NCBI GenBank assembly: GCA_030390025.1
Contig: CM059432.1
Span: forward strand, 992,001-1,056,000
DNA from: Squalus acanthias
Taxonomy: Eukaryota
Direction: 5' to 3'
DNA: 64,000 bases
Position numbers and translations under genes: made by a program. Shown one piece after another: positions 1 to 11,463 of the stretch; positions within the stretch are counted from its first letter, which is position 1, and the number at the start of each line of letters is the position of its first letter. Under the pieces are notes generated by a model that saw only the letters and a program-made list of their open reading frames with translations, was not told the DNA's origin and made no database searches.

Positions 1-975
1 CCAGGTTAACACCACCCCACACCAACACCATAAAGCATTCCTACAATGACCAAGCCATTCTTTTCACACTCACCACCATTGCGGGGGGTACCGTTATGTC
101 TCACCATTCACTGCTACTCACTAAGACACTTCCAAAGGTGAGCACAGATCTGTACAATAAGGCAAAGTGTTGAAAATAAAGATTTCAATGTTTGACGACA
201 CATTAACAGAAAATTTACATGAACATTGCACAAAACACCCAAGTGCCTACCCTTGTGTGTTGTTAGTTGGCATGATTGCACTAGGATGAGTGTGAGTGTG
301 AGGGGTAGCTAGTGAGATGGGGATGTGATAATATAGATAGAGAGGGATGGGTAGAGGTGCAAGGTAAGTTGGTGTGAGTAAGGATGTGCAGGGGTAGGGT
401 AGGGAAGGCAGAGTGATGGGGATGTGATGAGTGGCACAGCAGGATGAGGTTGAGTGTGGCTTTGCAGTAACGTTTCGTGATCTACTGAGATCATTGAAAG
501 GTTTGCGCCACTGCAGCCTGGTCCTCCTGACGACATCCCTGCTTGTGTCCTCCTGTGCAATGTGCAACCAGGCTGCGTTGGTGTCCTGGGGAGGTCTCCT
601 CTGGCCTTGGAAGGGAAGAGAACCTCCCTGCATGTTGTGACTTCATCCATAAGCATATGGAGGAAGTCATGGGAGAGCCTGGGTGCAGCCGTGCACCTCT
701 GTGCAGTGCTTGTCAGTGTTTGCAGCACCTCAATGCTGTAGAACACCGACAGCACAACTGTCAAAATGAATGCGGCCATGGCCCCTTTAAGGAAACCGGC
801 TGATGACGCGTCATCAAATGACGTCATCAGACCCGCTTCCTTTTAATTGGCCGGGAACCCCGCAGGGCGGGCTTAACAAGCCCTAGTAACGGAAAATCCT
901 TTTTACAGAGCGGCTGCAGCTGGGAGCGTGACTGGAATCTGCCAACCACCTCTCCCGCCGCGATCCCGCCTCCAT
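1..975 (-). mobile_element. PIF/Harbinger transposon fragment with degenerate Myb/SANT-like ORF (cut by window start)
   Basis: Frameshifted minus-strand peptides APRLSHDFLHMLMDEVTTCREVLFPS and AAWLHIAQEDTSRDVVRRTRLQWRKPFNDLSRS resemble the Harbinger Myb/SANT accessory protein. A related copy lies at 32909-34434. Confidence 0.7.
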
Positions 976-984
976 GGCGAAATC

Positions 985-2705
985 GCTGCCCTTGTGTCTG
1001 TCTTCACGGAAGAAGACGCAAAAAATATTCCGGAAATAGTAGAGAACCAAGGGTCTAGTGAGAATGAAGAACTGAAAGAAATTATTATTAGTAAGGAAAT
1101 AGTACAATAGTACTTGAGAAATTAATGGGACTGAAAGCCGATAAATCCCCTGGACCTGACGGCTTACATCCTAGGGTTTTAAAAGAGGTGGTTATAGAGA
1201 TAGTTGATGCATTGGTTGTCATCTTTCAAAATTCCATAGATTCTGGAATGGTTCCCGTGGATTGGAAGGTAGCAAATGTAACCCTACTATTTAAGAAAGG
1301 AGGGAGAGAGAAAACGGGGAACTACAGCCTGACATCAGTAGTAGGGAAAATGCTAGAATCTATTATTAAGGACGTGGTAACAGGGCACTTAGAAAGTAAT
1401 AATAGGATTGGGTAGAGTCAACACGGATTTATGAAAGGGAAATCATGTTTGACAAATCTGTTAGAGTAATTTGAGGTTGTAACTAGCAGGATAGATAAGG
1501 GGGAACCAGTGGATGTGGTGTATTTGGATTTTCAGAAGGCATTCGATAAGGTGCCACACAAGAGGCTATGAAACAAAATAAGGATTGGGGGTAATATACG
1601 AGCATGGATTGAGGATTGGTTAACGGACAGAAAACAGAGAGTAGGAATAAACGGATCATTTTCGGGTTGGCAGGCTGTAACTAGTGGGGTACCATAAGGA
1701 TCAGTGCTTGGGCCTCACCTATTTACAATCTCTATCAATGATTTGGATGAGGGGACCAAATGTAATATATCCAAGTTTGCTGATGATACAAAGCTGGGTG
1801 GGAATGTAAGTTGTGAGGAGGATGCAAAGAGGCTGCAAGGGGATATAGACAGGTTATGTGAGTGGGCAAGAACTTGGCAAATGGAATATAATGTGGAGAA
1901 ATGTGAAGTTATCCACTTTGGTTAAAAAAAGTAGAAAATCAGTGTATTATTTAAATGGTGAGATTGGGAAATGTTGGTGTTCAGATGGACCTGGGTGTCC
2001 TTGTTCACGAATCACTGAAAGTTAATATGCAGGTACAGCAAGCAATTAGGAAAGCAAATGGTACATTGGCCTATATTACAAGAGGATTTGAGTATAAGAG
2101 TAAAGACGTCTTACTGCAATTATATAGGGCCCTGGTGAGACCACACCTGGAGTATTGTGTACAGTTTTGGTCTCCTTACCTAAGGAAGAATATACTTGCC
2201 ATAGAGGGAGTGCAACGAAGGTTCACCAGACTGGTTCCTGGGATGAGAGGGCTGTCCTATGAGGAGAGATTGAGTAGACTAGGCCTATATTCTCTGGAGT
2301 TTAGAAGAATGAGAGGTGATCTCATTGAAACATACAAAATTCTTACAGGGCTTGACAGGGTAGATGCAGGGAGGATGTTTCCCTGGCTGGGGAGTCTAGA
2401 ACCAGGGGTCACAGTCTCAGAATAAGGGGTCGGCCATTTAGGACTGAGATGAGGAGGAATTTCTTCACTCAGAGGGTGATGAATCTTTGGAATTCTCTAC
2501 CCCAGAGGGCTGTGGGTGCTGAGTCTTTGAGTATATTCAAGACAGAGATCGATAGATTTTTGGATATTAAGGGAACCAAGGGATATGGGGATCGGGCAGG
2601 AAAGTGGAGATGAGGTAGAAGATCAGCCATGATCATATTGAATGGCGGAGCAGGCTCGAGGGGCCAAATGGCCGACTCCTGCTCCTAATCCTCATGTTCT
2701 TATGT
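985..2705 (+). mobile_element. 5'-truncated CR1 LINE (RT region plus 3' UTR), degenerate
   Basis: Motifs [26 protein letters not shown] and LVRPHLEYCVQFWSP, then a CR1-type 3' end; several stops and frameshifts. Confidence 0.9.
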
Positions 2706-2924
2706 ACCTGCTCCTCCGCGACATCTGTCTACTGTCAGTCAGTCTGGCTGTCAGGCGGAAACCTGGAGAAAAAAATTAGAAACACGCCCTGTAGTTAAAA
2801 ACTTCCGGGTTCCTGTCCATAACTCCTCCCCTGCTCCAAAAGCGCGGCTCAGTAAATAACGGAAAGAAATGTGCTTCATAGACCTGCTGTGAGCAGTTTA
2901 ATTTCATGTACTTTTTCCATTCAG

Positions 2925-3069
2925 GTGCAAGTCAAAAGTAACAGGCCGCCAGTGTGACCACTGCTTCGTTGGCTACTCCCGTTTCCCAGACTGCATTCCC
3001 TGTAACTGTAACCGGCATGCAGCACAGCCGAGTGTGTGTGATCCCGTAACCGGACAGTGTCTTTGCAAG
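2925..3069 (+). CDS. LAMA3: Laminin alpha-3 exon (LE repeats)
   Basis: ttttccattcag|G...AAG|gtcagt. Encodes CKSKVTGRQCDHCFVGYSRFPDCIPCNCNRHAAQPSVCDPVTGQCLCK; phase 2 to 0. Confidence 0.92.
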
Positions 3070-4796
3070 GTCAGTCTTAAGGTGTTTAACCATTTTCTGT
3101 TGGAACAGATGACATCAGACTGCAAACAAAAAAGAAATTATCATACACCATCGTTCTCTCATATTCATAGAATGATACAGCACCGAAAGATGCCATTCAG
3201 CCCATCGTGCCTGTGCTGGCTCTTTGAAAGAGCTCTCCAATTAGTCCCACTTCACCTGCTCTTTCCCCAGAGCCCTGCAAATTACAATTAACTTCTCTTT
3301 GGAGATGTGTTCATAAACAAAGACCTTCCTTATCAATAATAAAGAAATTTCATCGTCTCTTAACTCATTATTAAACTCATTAGAAAAGATTTATTCTACC
3401 GATGAAATGCTTTTTGAAGAGTTTGTTGAAATATTAAATACCCAAAGATTCTACAGGAGCCTTCCCAGGTCGTAGAATGGCACAGCACAAAAGGAGGCCA
3501 TTCAGCCCATCGTGCCTGTGCCGGCTCTTTGAAAGAGCTCCCCAATTAGTCCCACTCCCCCCTGCTCTTTCCCCGTAGCCCTGCAAGTCTTTCTTTTCCA
3601 AGTATTTATTCATCCCCTATTAAAAGTTACTATTGAATCTGCTTCCACCGCCCTTTCAGGCAGCGCATTCCAGATCATAACCACTCGCTGCGTAAAACAA
3701 TTTCTCCTCATCTCCTCCTCTGGTTCTTTTGCCAATTATCGTAAATCTGTGTCCTCTGGTTACTGACCCTCCTGCCAGTGGAAACAGTTTCTCCTTATTT
3801 CCTTATCAAAACCTCTCATAATTTTGAACATCTCTATTAAATCACCCCTTAACCTTCACTGCTCTAAGAAGAACAATCCCAGCTTCTCCAGTCTCTCCAC
3901 ATAACTGAGGTCCCTCGTTCCTGGTACCATTCCAGTAAATCTCCTCTGCACCCTCTGCAAGAGCAGTCTGTAGATTGATAAAGAACCATAAATAATGTTT
4001 GTGATAGCCGCTCCTCACATTGATTGGAACTTTTCAGCATTATAAATGTATTTACAGTAACAGGTTGCGTCTGTCGTTCATCACCAGCAGAGCTTCTGAT
4101 CTTAGGCTGGCTGTCCATTGGGAGAGATGCCAAGCAGAGGCAAGGGAAAGAGGAAAAATTACAATGTCAGTTAGAAAACCAAATTAAAACAAAAAAGATG
4201 TAATTAGTTAGAGGAAGTAAATTGAATGAATCTGTGGCTCTGGCGTTATACAGAGCAAATATTAGCGCACCAAAGCTTAATGAATTCCTCTGTATTCCTT
4301 TCCTTTCTCTGCCCTTTTAATGGAGGTTTAACCTATTGAAAATGCACACATTAGAATCACAGAATCATAGAATGATAGGAGGCCATTCAGCCCATCGAGC
4401 CTGTGCCAGCTCTTTGAAGGAGCTATCGAATTAGTCCCAACCATTCATAATTTTGATCACCTCTACTAAATCTCCCCTTAACCTTCTCTGCTCTAAGGAG
4501 AACAAGTCCAACTTTTCCAGTCTCTCCACATAACTGAAATCTCGCATCCCCGGTACCATTCTATTAAATTTCCACTGCACCCTCTCCAAGGCCTTGACAT
4601 CTTTTCTAAAGCGTGGTGCCCAGAATTGGACACAAGCTCCTCCAGCTGAGGCCTAACCAGTGTTTTAAAGAAAGGAATTGAATAGGAACACATTAAGCAT
4701 TCAAATACTAATATTCACACATACTAATTTCAAGACATTAATGTTGTACACAGAAAGAAATGTTAATGATCATCTTGAAATTGAGATAAAATAAAC

Positions 4797-5950
4797 GATA
4801 AGAACATAAGAATTAGGAGCAGGAGTAGGCCATACGGCCCTTCGAGCCTTTTCCACAATTCAGTAAGATGATGGCTGATCTTCAACCTCAACTCCACTTT
4901 CCCGCCCGATTCCCATATCCCTTGATTCTCCGAGAGTCCAAAGATTTATCGATCTCAGCCTTGAATATACTCAAAGACTCAGCATCCACAGCCCTTTGGG
5001 GTAGCCCCTAAGCTCTGGAATTCCCTGTCTAAACCTGTCCGCCTCGCTACCTCTCTCTCCTCCTTTAAGACGCTCCTTAAAACCTACCTCTTTGACCAAG
5101 ATTTTGGTCACCTGCCCTAATTTATCCTAATGTGGATCGGTGTCAAACTTTTTGTCTTAAAGTACTCCTGTGCAGCGCCTTGGGACGTTTACTACGTAAA
5201 AGGCGCTATATAAATACAAGTTGTTGTTGTAGAGAATTCCAAAGATTCACCACCCTCCGAATGAAGAAATTCCTCCTCATCTCAGTCCTAAATGGCTGAC
5301 CCCTTATCCTGAGACTATGCCCACTAGTTCTGGACTCTCCAGCCAGGGGAAACAACCTCTCAGCATCTACCCTGTCAATCCCCCTCAGAATCTTGTATGT
5401 TTCAATGAGATCACCTCTCATTCTTCTAAACTCCAGAGAGTGTAGGCCCAATCTACTCAATCTCTCCTCATAGGACAACCCTTTCATTCCAGGAATCAAT
5501 CTAAGGCCTCTAAGGCACGTATATCCTTTCTCAGATAAGGAGACCAAAATAGTGCGCAGTACTCCAGGTGTGGTCTCACCAAAATCCTGTACAATTGTAG
5601 TGTGACTTCCTTACTATTGTACTCCAACTCCCTTGCAATAAAGGCCAACATGCCATTTGCCTTCCTAATTGTTGCTGTACCTGCATGCTAACTTTCTGTA
5701 TTTCCTGTACGAGGACACCTAAATCTCTCTGAACACCAACATTTAATAGTTTCTCACCATTTAAAAAATATTCTGTTTTTCTATTCTTCCTACCAAAGTG
5801 AATAACCTCACATTTCCCCACATTATACTCCATCTGCCACCTTACTGCCCACTCACTTAACTTGTCTATATCTCTTTGCAGGCTCGTTGTGTCCTCCTCA
5901 CAATTTACCTTCCCACCTAGCTTTGTATCGTCAGCAAACTTGCCCACTCA
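4797..5950 (-). mobile_element. CR1 LINE 3' fragment interrupted by an L2-type 3' fragment (~5006-5229)
   Basis: Minus-strand ORFs [10 protein letters not shown] and LEFRRMRGDLIETYK. The + strand insert ends ...ggcgctatataaatacaagttgttgttg. Confidence 0.85.
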
Positions 5951-6609
5951 CTTGATGCTGTTGGAATGGTATTTGAAAGCCTGACCAAGCAGAAACATTC
6001 CTGAACAACTCGCATTTATATAGCTCCTTTAATGTAAAAAAAAAAGTCCCAAAGCACTTAGGAACATAGGAACAGGAGTAGGCCATTCAGCCCCTCAAGC
6101 CTGTTCCATCAAAGATACAGGATGGGGTGATGATGGGTGAGTTGGATTAAGAGAGCAGGAGGTGGATCTCATGGCCAAGATGAGCTCGAAGAGGGTGTGT
6201 GAGGGGTGGGATGGAAAGAAATTAGACAAAAAAGGCAGATTCAGGGCTGGGGGAGGTTTGGCTTGCTGGGCGAGGGAATGGGAGGGATGTGGCAGAGGCA
6301 GCTGAACGGATGGTCTGAATCTTAGTGACAAAGAAGTGCATGAGCTCCTCGCATATATTGGAGGTGAGGGTGGAGGGGGATGTAGATATCTAATATCAGT
6401 GGGACTCGGGTATCTTTAATTGTGGGACGACTCAAATGGTATTTTGAGCGTCAGATTTTTGGAATGTTTATTGAATCTTTTCTCTTAATCTGTGCCAGTT
6501 GTGCATTTAAAGATGTTGAACTATAGTTCCTTTTTTCTCCAAACATAGCATTCAACATGAAAAATGACATTTATACAAACTTCAAATCTTTCTGCTTTGA
6601 CCATTTTAG

Positions 6610-6750
6610 GAGAACGTTATAGGTGCACAGTGCGATATCTGCCGACCTGGCTCCTTTCACCTGGATCCAGCCAATCCCAAAGGCTGCACAAGCTGTTTCT
6701 GCTTTGGAGTAACAAATGAGTGTTGGAGCTCAGACAAGTCCAGGACTAAA
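6610..6750 (+). CDS. LAMA3: Laminin alpha-3 exon (LE repeat leading into L4 domain)
   Basis: ccattttag|GAG...AAA|gtgagt. Encodes [47 protein letters not shown], matching recalled human LAMA3 [21 protein letters not shown]; 141 nt, phase 0-0. Confidence 0.95.
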
Positions 6751-7105
6751 GTGAGTGCAACAATACGAGTCCTCCGTTTTCGAATTTCCTCCAAATACAT
6801 GGTTTAGGTCTGAAGTCAGCATTGTAAATGGACAACCGTGCACCTTTTCATTGTAGCCTTGGGAAGATTGCAGTTCTTTTACACATTCGGGTTGCTAATC
6901 CTGGAGGTGTCATCACATGACCTCCTGCCGCCAACCACCCCGCCCCCAGGCTCCCGCCATTGGTCGCCCGACACATCCATCCACGCGGTGCCCCGCCTTC
7001 CCCTGGCCAATCGGAACACGAATAGATTCTTCATTGCCCGATTGAATGATTCTTGACAGTCAGTCAAACAGCCTTCTTTCCCCCCGCCCCATGTCCAATA
7101 TTTTT

Positions 7106-7945
7106 ATGAGAAGTCGCACAACACCAGGTTATAGTCCAACAGATTTATTTAAAATTACGAGCTTTCGGAGCTCCGCTCCTTCTTCAGGTAAAGGTACAGT
7201 GAGGGAATCTATTACACAGTATATATACACAGAGAACAATTTGTCTGCAGAGATACAATCTGTTAGGGAGGCATTACATCAAAGACACATCAGAGTACAG
7301 CTAAGACAATGAGGTGGGTCACAGGGGGTCCAACGTGTCAAATGCTGCCGTCTGCAGTTAAGCTTTTAACTTTTTTTTTGTGTTTGTTTTTAAAAACTGG
7401 AAAGACAGACAACGATGCCGAGTCACGTTCTGTAGCGTGACATGAACCCGAGATCCCTATTGAGGCCGTCCTCATGGGTGCGGAACTTGGCTATCAGTTT
7501 CTGCTCGATGATTTTGCGTTGTCGTGTGTCTCGAAGGACGGCCTCAATAGGGATCTCGGGTTTATGTCACGCTACAGAACGTGACTCGACATCGTTGTCT
7601 GTCTTTCCAGTTTTTAAAAAAAAACACACAAAAAAAAAGTTAAAAGCTTAACTGCAGACGGCAGCATTTGACACGTTGGACCCCCTGTGACCCACCTCAT
7701 TGTCTTAGCTGTACTCTGATGTGTCTTTGATGTAATGCCTCCCTAACAGATTGTATCTCTGCAGACAAATTGTTCTCTGTGTATATATACTGTGTAATAG
7801 ATTCCCTCACTGTACCTTTACCTGAAGAAGGAGCGGAGCTCCGAAAGCTCGTAATTTTAAATAAAACTGTTGGACTATAACCTGGTGTTGTGCGACTTCT
7901 CATTTTTGTCCACCCCAGTCCAACACCGGCATCTCTGCATCATGA
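7106..7945. mobile_element. Penelope-like element remnant with inverted pseudo-LTRs
   Basis: Inverted arms at 7106-7472 and 7535-7903. Minus strand 7423-7533 encodes RDTRQRKIIEQKLIAKFRTHEDGLNRDLGFMSRYRT*, resembling a GIY-YIG endonuclease C-terminus. A 13-bp direct repeat ccaatatttttat flanks it (7095-7107, 7946-7958). Confidence 0.85.
7822..7853 (+). ncRNA. Hammerhead-ribozyme-like motif (mirror copy on - strand ~7156-7187)
   Basis: CTGAAGA-A-GGAGC-gga-GCTCC-GAAA-GCTCGTA: both core boxes flank a perfect helix II; helices I and III are not clearly canonical. Confidence 0.6.
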
Positions 7946-8480
7946 CCAATATTTTTATAACTAATAAACAATAGTGTTAAATAAATTTCTTTTTTTTTAA
8001 AAACACCCTGATGATTTTTTTCCTGGGATTTCTCGCAGCAGTGTCCCAGAGATTAGTATTTAATTCCTGGAGACTCCAGGGCAATCCTGGAGGGTTGGCA
8101 ACCCGAACACACCTTTGTGTCGGGAAGTTGCCCATGCTTATTTTAATGGAGAAGTTTACCAGTTATTTTAACCAAGTTAATGTCTCCATTAAAATAGCAG
8201 ATAAAGAAACTTGCTGCAAATGTGCTCTCAGTTCACAGGATAATACTGCGCAGCAAAATTTCCAAGCTATGGTGTATTATCAGAATGGCCGAGAGGTTCG
8301 CAGGTAATCTCTTAAACATGCTGCAGCAGAACTTTTTCACTTCGAGTGGCTTTGGGTCTGAATCTATGCTACATCGAGGAGCCGTTCAATTATGTATTAG
8401 AAAGAAAGACTTGCATTTTTATAGCGCCTTTCATGACTTCAGGACATCCCAAAGCGCTTTACAGCCAATGAAGTAGTCCA

Positions 8481-9397
8481 ACAGTGCAGCGCTCCCTCAG
8501 TACTGCCCCTCCAACAGTGCGGCACTCCCTCAGTACTGCCCCTCCGACAGTGCGGCACTCCCTCAGTACTGCCCCTCCGACAGTACAGCGCTCCCTCAGT
8601 ACTGCCCCTCCGACAGTGCAGCGCTCCCTCAGTACTGCCCCTCCGACAGTTCGGTGCTCCCTCAGTACTGCCCCTCCGACAGTGCGGCACTCCCTCAGTA
8701 CTGACTCTCCGACAGTGCAGCGCTCCCTCAGTACCGCCCCTCCGACAGTGCAGCACTCCCTCAGTACTGCCCCTCCGACAGTGCGGCGCTCCCTCAGTAC
8801 TGCCCCTCTGACAGTGCAGCGCTCCCTCAGTACCGCCCCTCCGACAGTGCGGCACTCCCTCAGTACTGCCCCTCCGACAGTGCAGCGCGCCCTCAGTACT
8901 GCCCCTCCGACAGTGCAGCGCTCCCTCAGTACTGCCCCTCCGACAGTTCGGTGCTCCCTCAGTACTGCCCTTCCGACAGTGCGGCACTCCCTCATTACTG
9001 ACTCTCCGACAGTGCAGCGCTCCCTTAGTACTGCCCCTCCGACAGTGCAGCGCTCCCTCAGTACTGCCCCTCCGACAGTTCGGTGCTCCCTCAGTACTGC
9101 CCTTCCGACAGTGCGGCACTCCCTCAGTACTGCCCCTCCGACAGTGCAGCGCTCCCTCAGTACTGCCCCTCCGACAGTTCGGTGCTCCTCAGTACTGCCC
9201 TCCGACAGTGCGGCACTCCCTCAGTACTGCCCCTCCGACAGTGCAGTGCTCCCTCAGTACTACCCCTCCAACAGTGCAGCACTCCCTCAGTACTGCCCCT
9301 CCGACAGTGCGGCGCTCCCTCAGTACTGCCCCTCTGACAGTGCAGCGCTCCCTCAGTACCGCCCCTCCGACAGTGCAGCGCTCCCTCTGTACTGCAC
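8481..9397. repeat. 33-bp minisatellite (~27-28 units) expanded inside a SINE
   Basis: Unit cagtgcagcgctccctcagtactgcccctccga. Flanked by a SINE tail (8400-8475) and a tRNA-like head (to ~9470) on the minus strand. Confidence 0.95.
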
Positions 9398-9955
9398 TGG
9401 AGTGTCAGCCCAGATTTTGTGCTTAAGTCTGTGGAGTGGGACTTGAATTCATGACTTTCTAACTCAGCATAAACACCGGCGTAGACCAGTTGGGCCAAAT
9501 GGCCTGTCTATGTCCTGTAAATTCTTTGTAATATATAATTTCTGCCATGTTCCCCCTCCGCTGTGATGACAGTTCAAACCACCCCTCCATGTTGCCAAAC
9601 TCCCAACAGCCTGTCAAACTCCAGAACCCTGCCTCAGTTCTGCCAAACCGCAGCACTATTCCCCAGTGATCCCAAGTCCCAGGTGCTGTTAAATCCTATT
9701 CTTCCTCCCCTGTGCTGCTAAATAGCAGATATCTGCCTCCGATTTGGTGCATCGTACAGACCGTTTTGCTGTGTATTCTCAGCTTTAAAAATTGTACAGG
9801 ATTAAAATGAACTACACAGGTAAAGGAATGTGTAGAAAATAAAGGCCACTTTCACAGAATAATGGACAAAGTTGAGACATTCAAATCCCTAAAGCTTCAG
9901 TAAAAATCCAAGAATACCAGTTCATAAAATTGAATGTGACTTATTCAGATTTTAT

Positions 9956-10603
9956 GGGCTGGATATTAACTCGGAGGTGGGGGTGGGCCTGCTTCGAGGC
10001 CGGGAAACCCGGAAGGATGGGTATCCCTCAGGTCCTGCCGAATTTAACAGCAGGACTTGATTAGCATTTTTGGTCTCCGTTTCCCGGCCACAGCCAGCCA
10101 GATTAAATGGCCAGGTGGCTGTCGGGTGGGTAGGCCTTCGGCACCAGGCCACAGTCGGGGCATGGAGAGGAGGGAGGGAGGGATCGGAGGCCTTGGGGGA
10201 GAGATCTGATGGGTCAGGAGTGGAGGAGATAGGAAGGGTCGCAGGTGTGTGCGATTGCATGGGGGTTGGGCGAAGCAGGTAAGCTGGATCCAGCAGGTAA
10301 GTGGAAAGGCATTTACCTCCTGGATCCAGCAGTCCTCGCCTCCCTTTAGCTGCCGGGTTTCCCAAGGCCTGGAAAATTCGTCTGGCCAGGGTTAAATTTA
10401 AAATGGTGGTTAAATATGAGGCATGCAGCCTCATTATATTTAAGTTGCCAACCCACCTCCTGGTAGCGGGTTGGTTGCCCATCCTCTGTCTCGCCCCCAT
10501 TAAAACTGGAAATGGGCGGGTTGGAGGCGGGAATCAGATTTTTAACATTTTAACATCCCACCTGGCCCAAACCCGCTCATTTTTGGGGGTTAAAATTTCC
10601 CCC
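9956..10603. mobile_element. Harbinger-like MITE
   Basis: Degenerate TIRs gggctggatattaac / gttaaaatttccccc and GC-rich subterminal ggcggg/cccgcc repeats. Confidence 0.5.
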
Positions 10604-10846
10604 TGTAGATCAGTAGCCCTGATATTATCCCTTGCATAAGTGTCAACGGTGGCTCACTCTCAGCCTCTGAGTCAGACGGTTGTGGGTACAAGTTCCACTC
10701 CAGTTACTTGAGCATATAATCTCGGCCGACACTCCATGCAGTACTGAGGGAGCGCTGCACCGTCTTTTGGGTGAGACGTTAAATTGTGTTTGACTAACTT
10801 GATTGAATTCATTGATGAAGTAACATCAAAGCAAAGATGGAACCCC

Positions 10847-11003
10847 ATGGAATAAAGGGCAAAGTGGCGGTATGGAATAAAGGGGAAAGTGGCGGTATGG
10901 AATAAAGGGCAAAGTGGCGGTATGGAATAAAGGGGAAAGTGGCGGTATGGAATAAAGGGCAAAGTGGCGGTATGGAATAAAGGGGAAAGTGGCGATATGG
11001 AAT
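10847..11003 (+). repeat. 25-bp tandem repeat (6 units) within a degenerate CR1 (~10780-11462)
   Basis: atggaataaaggg(c/g)aaagtggcggt starts at 10847, 10872, 10897, 10922, 10947 and 10972. Confidence 0.9.
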
Positions 11004-11463
11004 TGGAATTGGCTCAGCGACCGGAAGGGCAGTGGTGGATCCTAGTTTTTCAGACTGAGTGGTGGTTTGCAGTGGTGTTCCCCAAGGGCCAGTTTTGAGT
11101 CCATTTCTCTTTTCAATTTTTATAAACGACCTAGACTCGGCTGTAGGAGCAGCATTATAAAGTTTGCAGATGATACGAAATTTGGCAACATAGCAGATAG
11201 TGATGAAGATAGTTGTAGACTTCAGGATGGTGAAATGGGCAGAAGCATGGCAGATGAAGATCAATGCGGAGAAGTGTGAAGTGATGTACTTTGGGAGGAC
11301 TTATATGGAAAGACAGTATACTATAACTGGCACGATCTTGAAAAGTGTAGATGAGCAGAGATACCTTGGTGTCCATATACACAAATCCTTAAAGGTGGCA
11401 GGGCAAGTTGATAAGGTGGTTTAAAAAAGCATATGGGTTACTTGGGTTTATAATTAGAGGTGT

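Larger units (their letters stand above)
6888..8105. mobile_element. Non-autonomous DNA transposon (hAT-like MITE) hosting the Penelope-like insertion
   Basis: Imperfect terminal inverted repeats cgggttgctaatc / ggttggcaacccg; the interior is split at a duplicated ccaatatttttat. Confidence 0.5.

Noticed and set aside
7046..7903. Twin ORFs MRSRTTPGYSPT... on opposite strands
   Set aside because: They are by-products of the inverted repeat, read antisense to the Penelope-like sequence.
8439..9498. CRISPR-like array, or 226-320 aa repeat proteins
   Set aside because: Head-to-tail 33-bp units with no unique spacers and no cas genes. The ORFs arise because the stop-free unit length is a multiple of 3, and the unit is SINE-derived.
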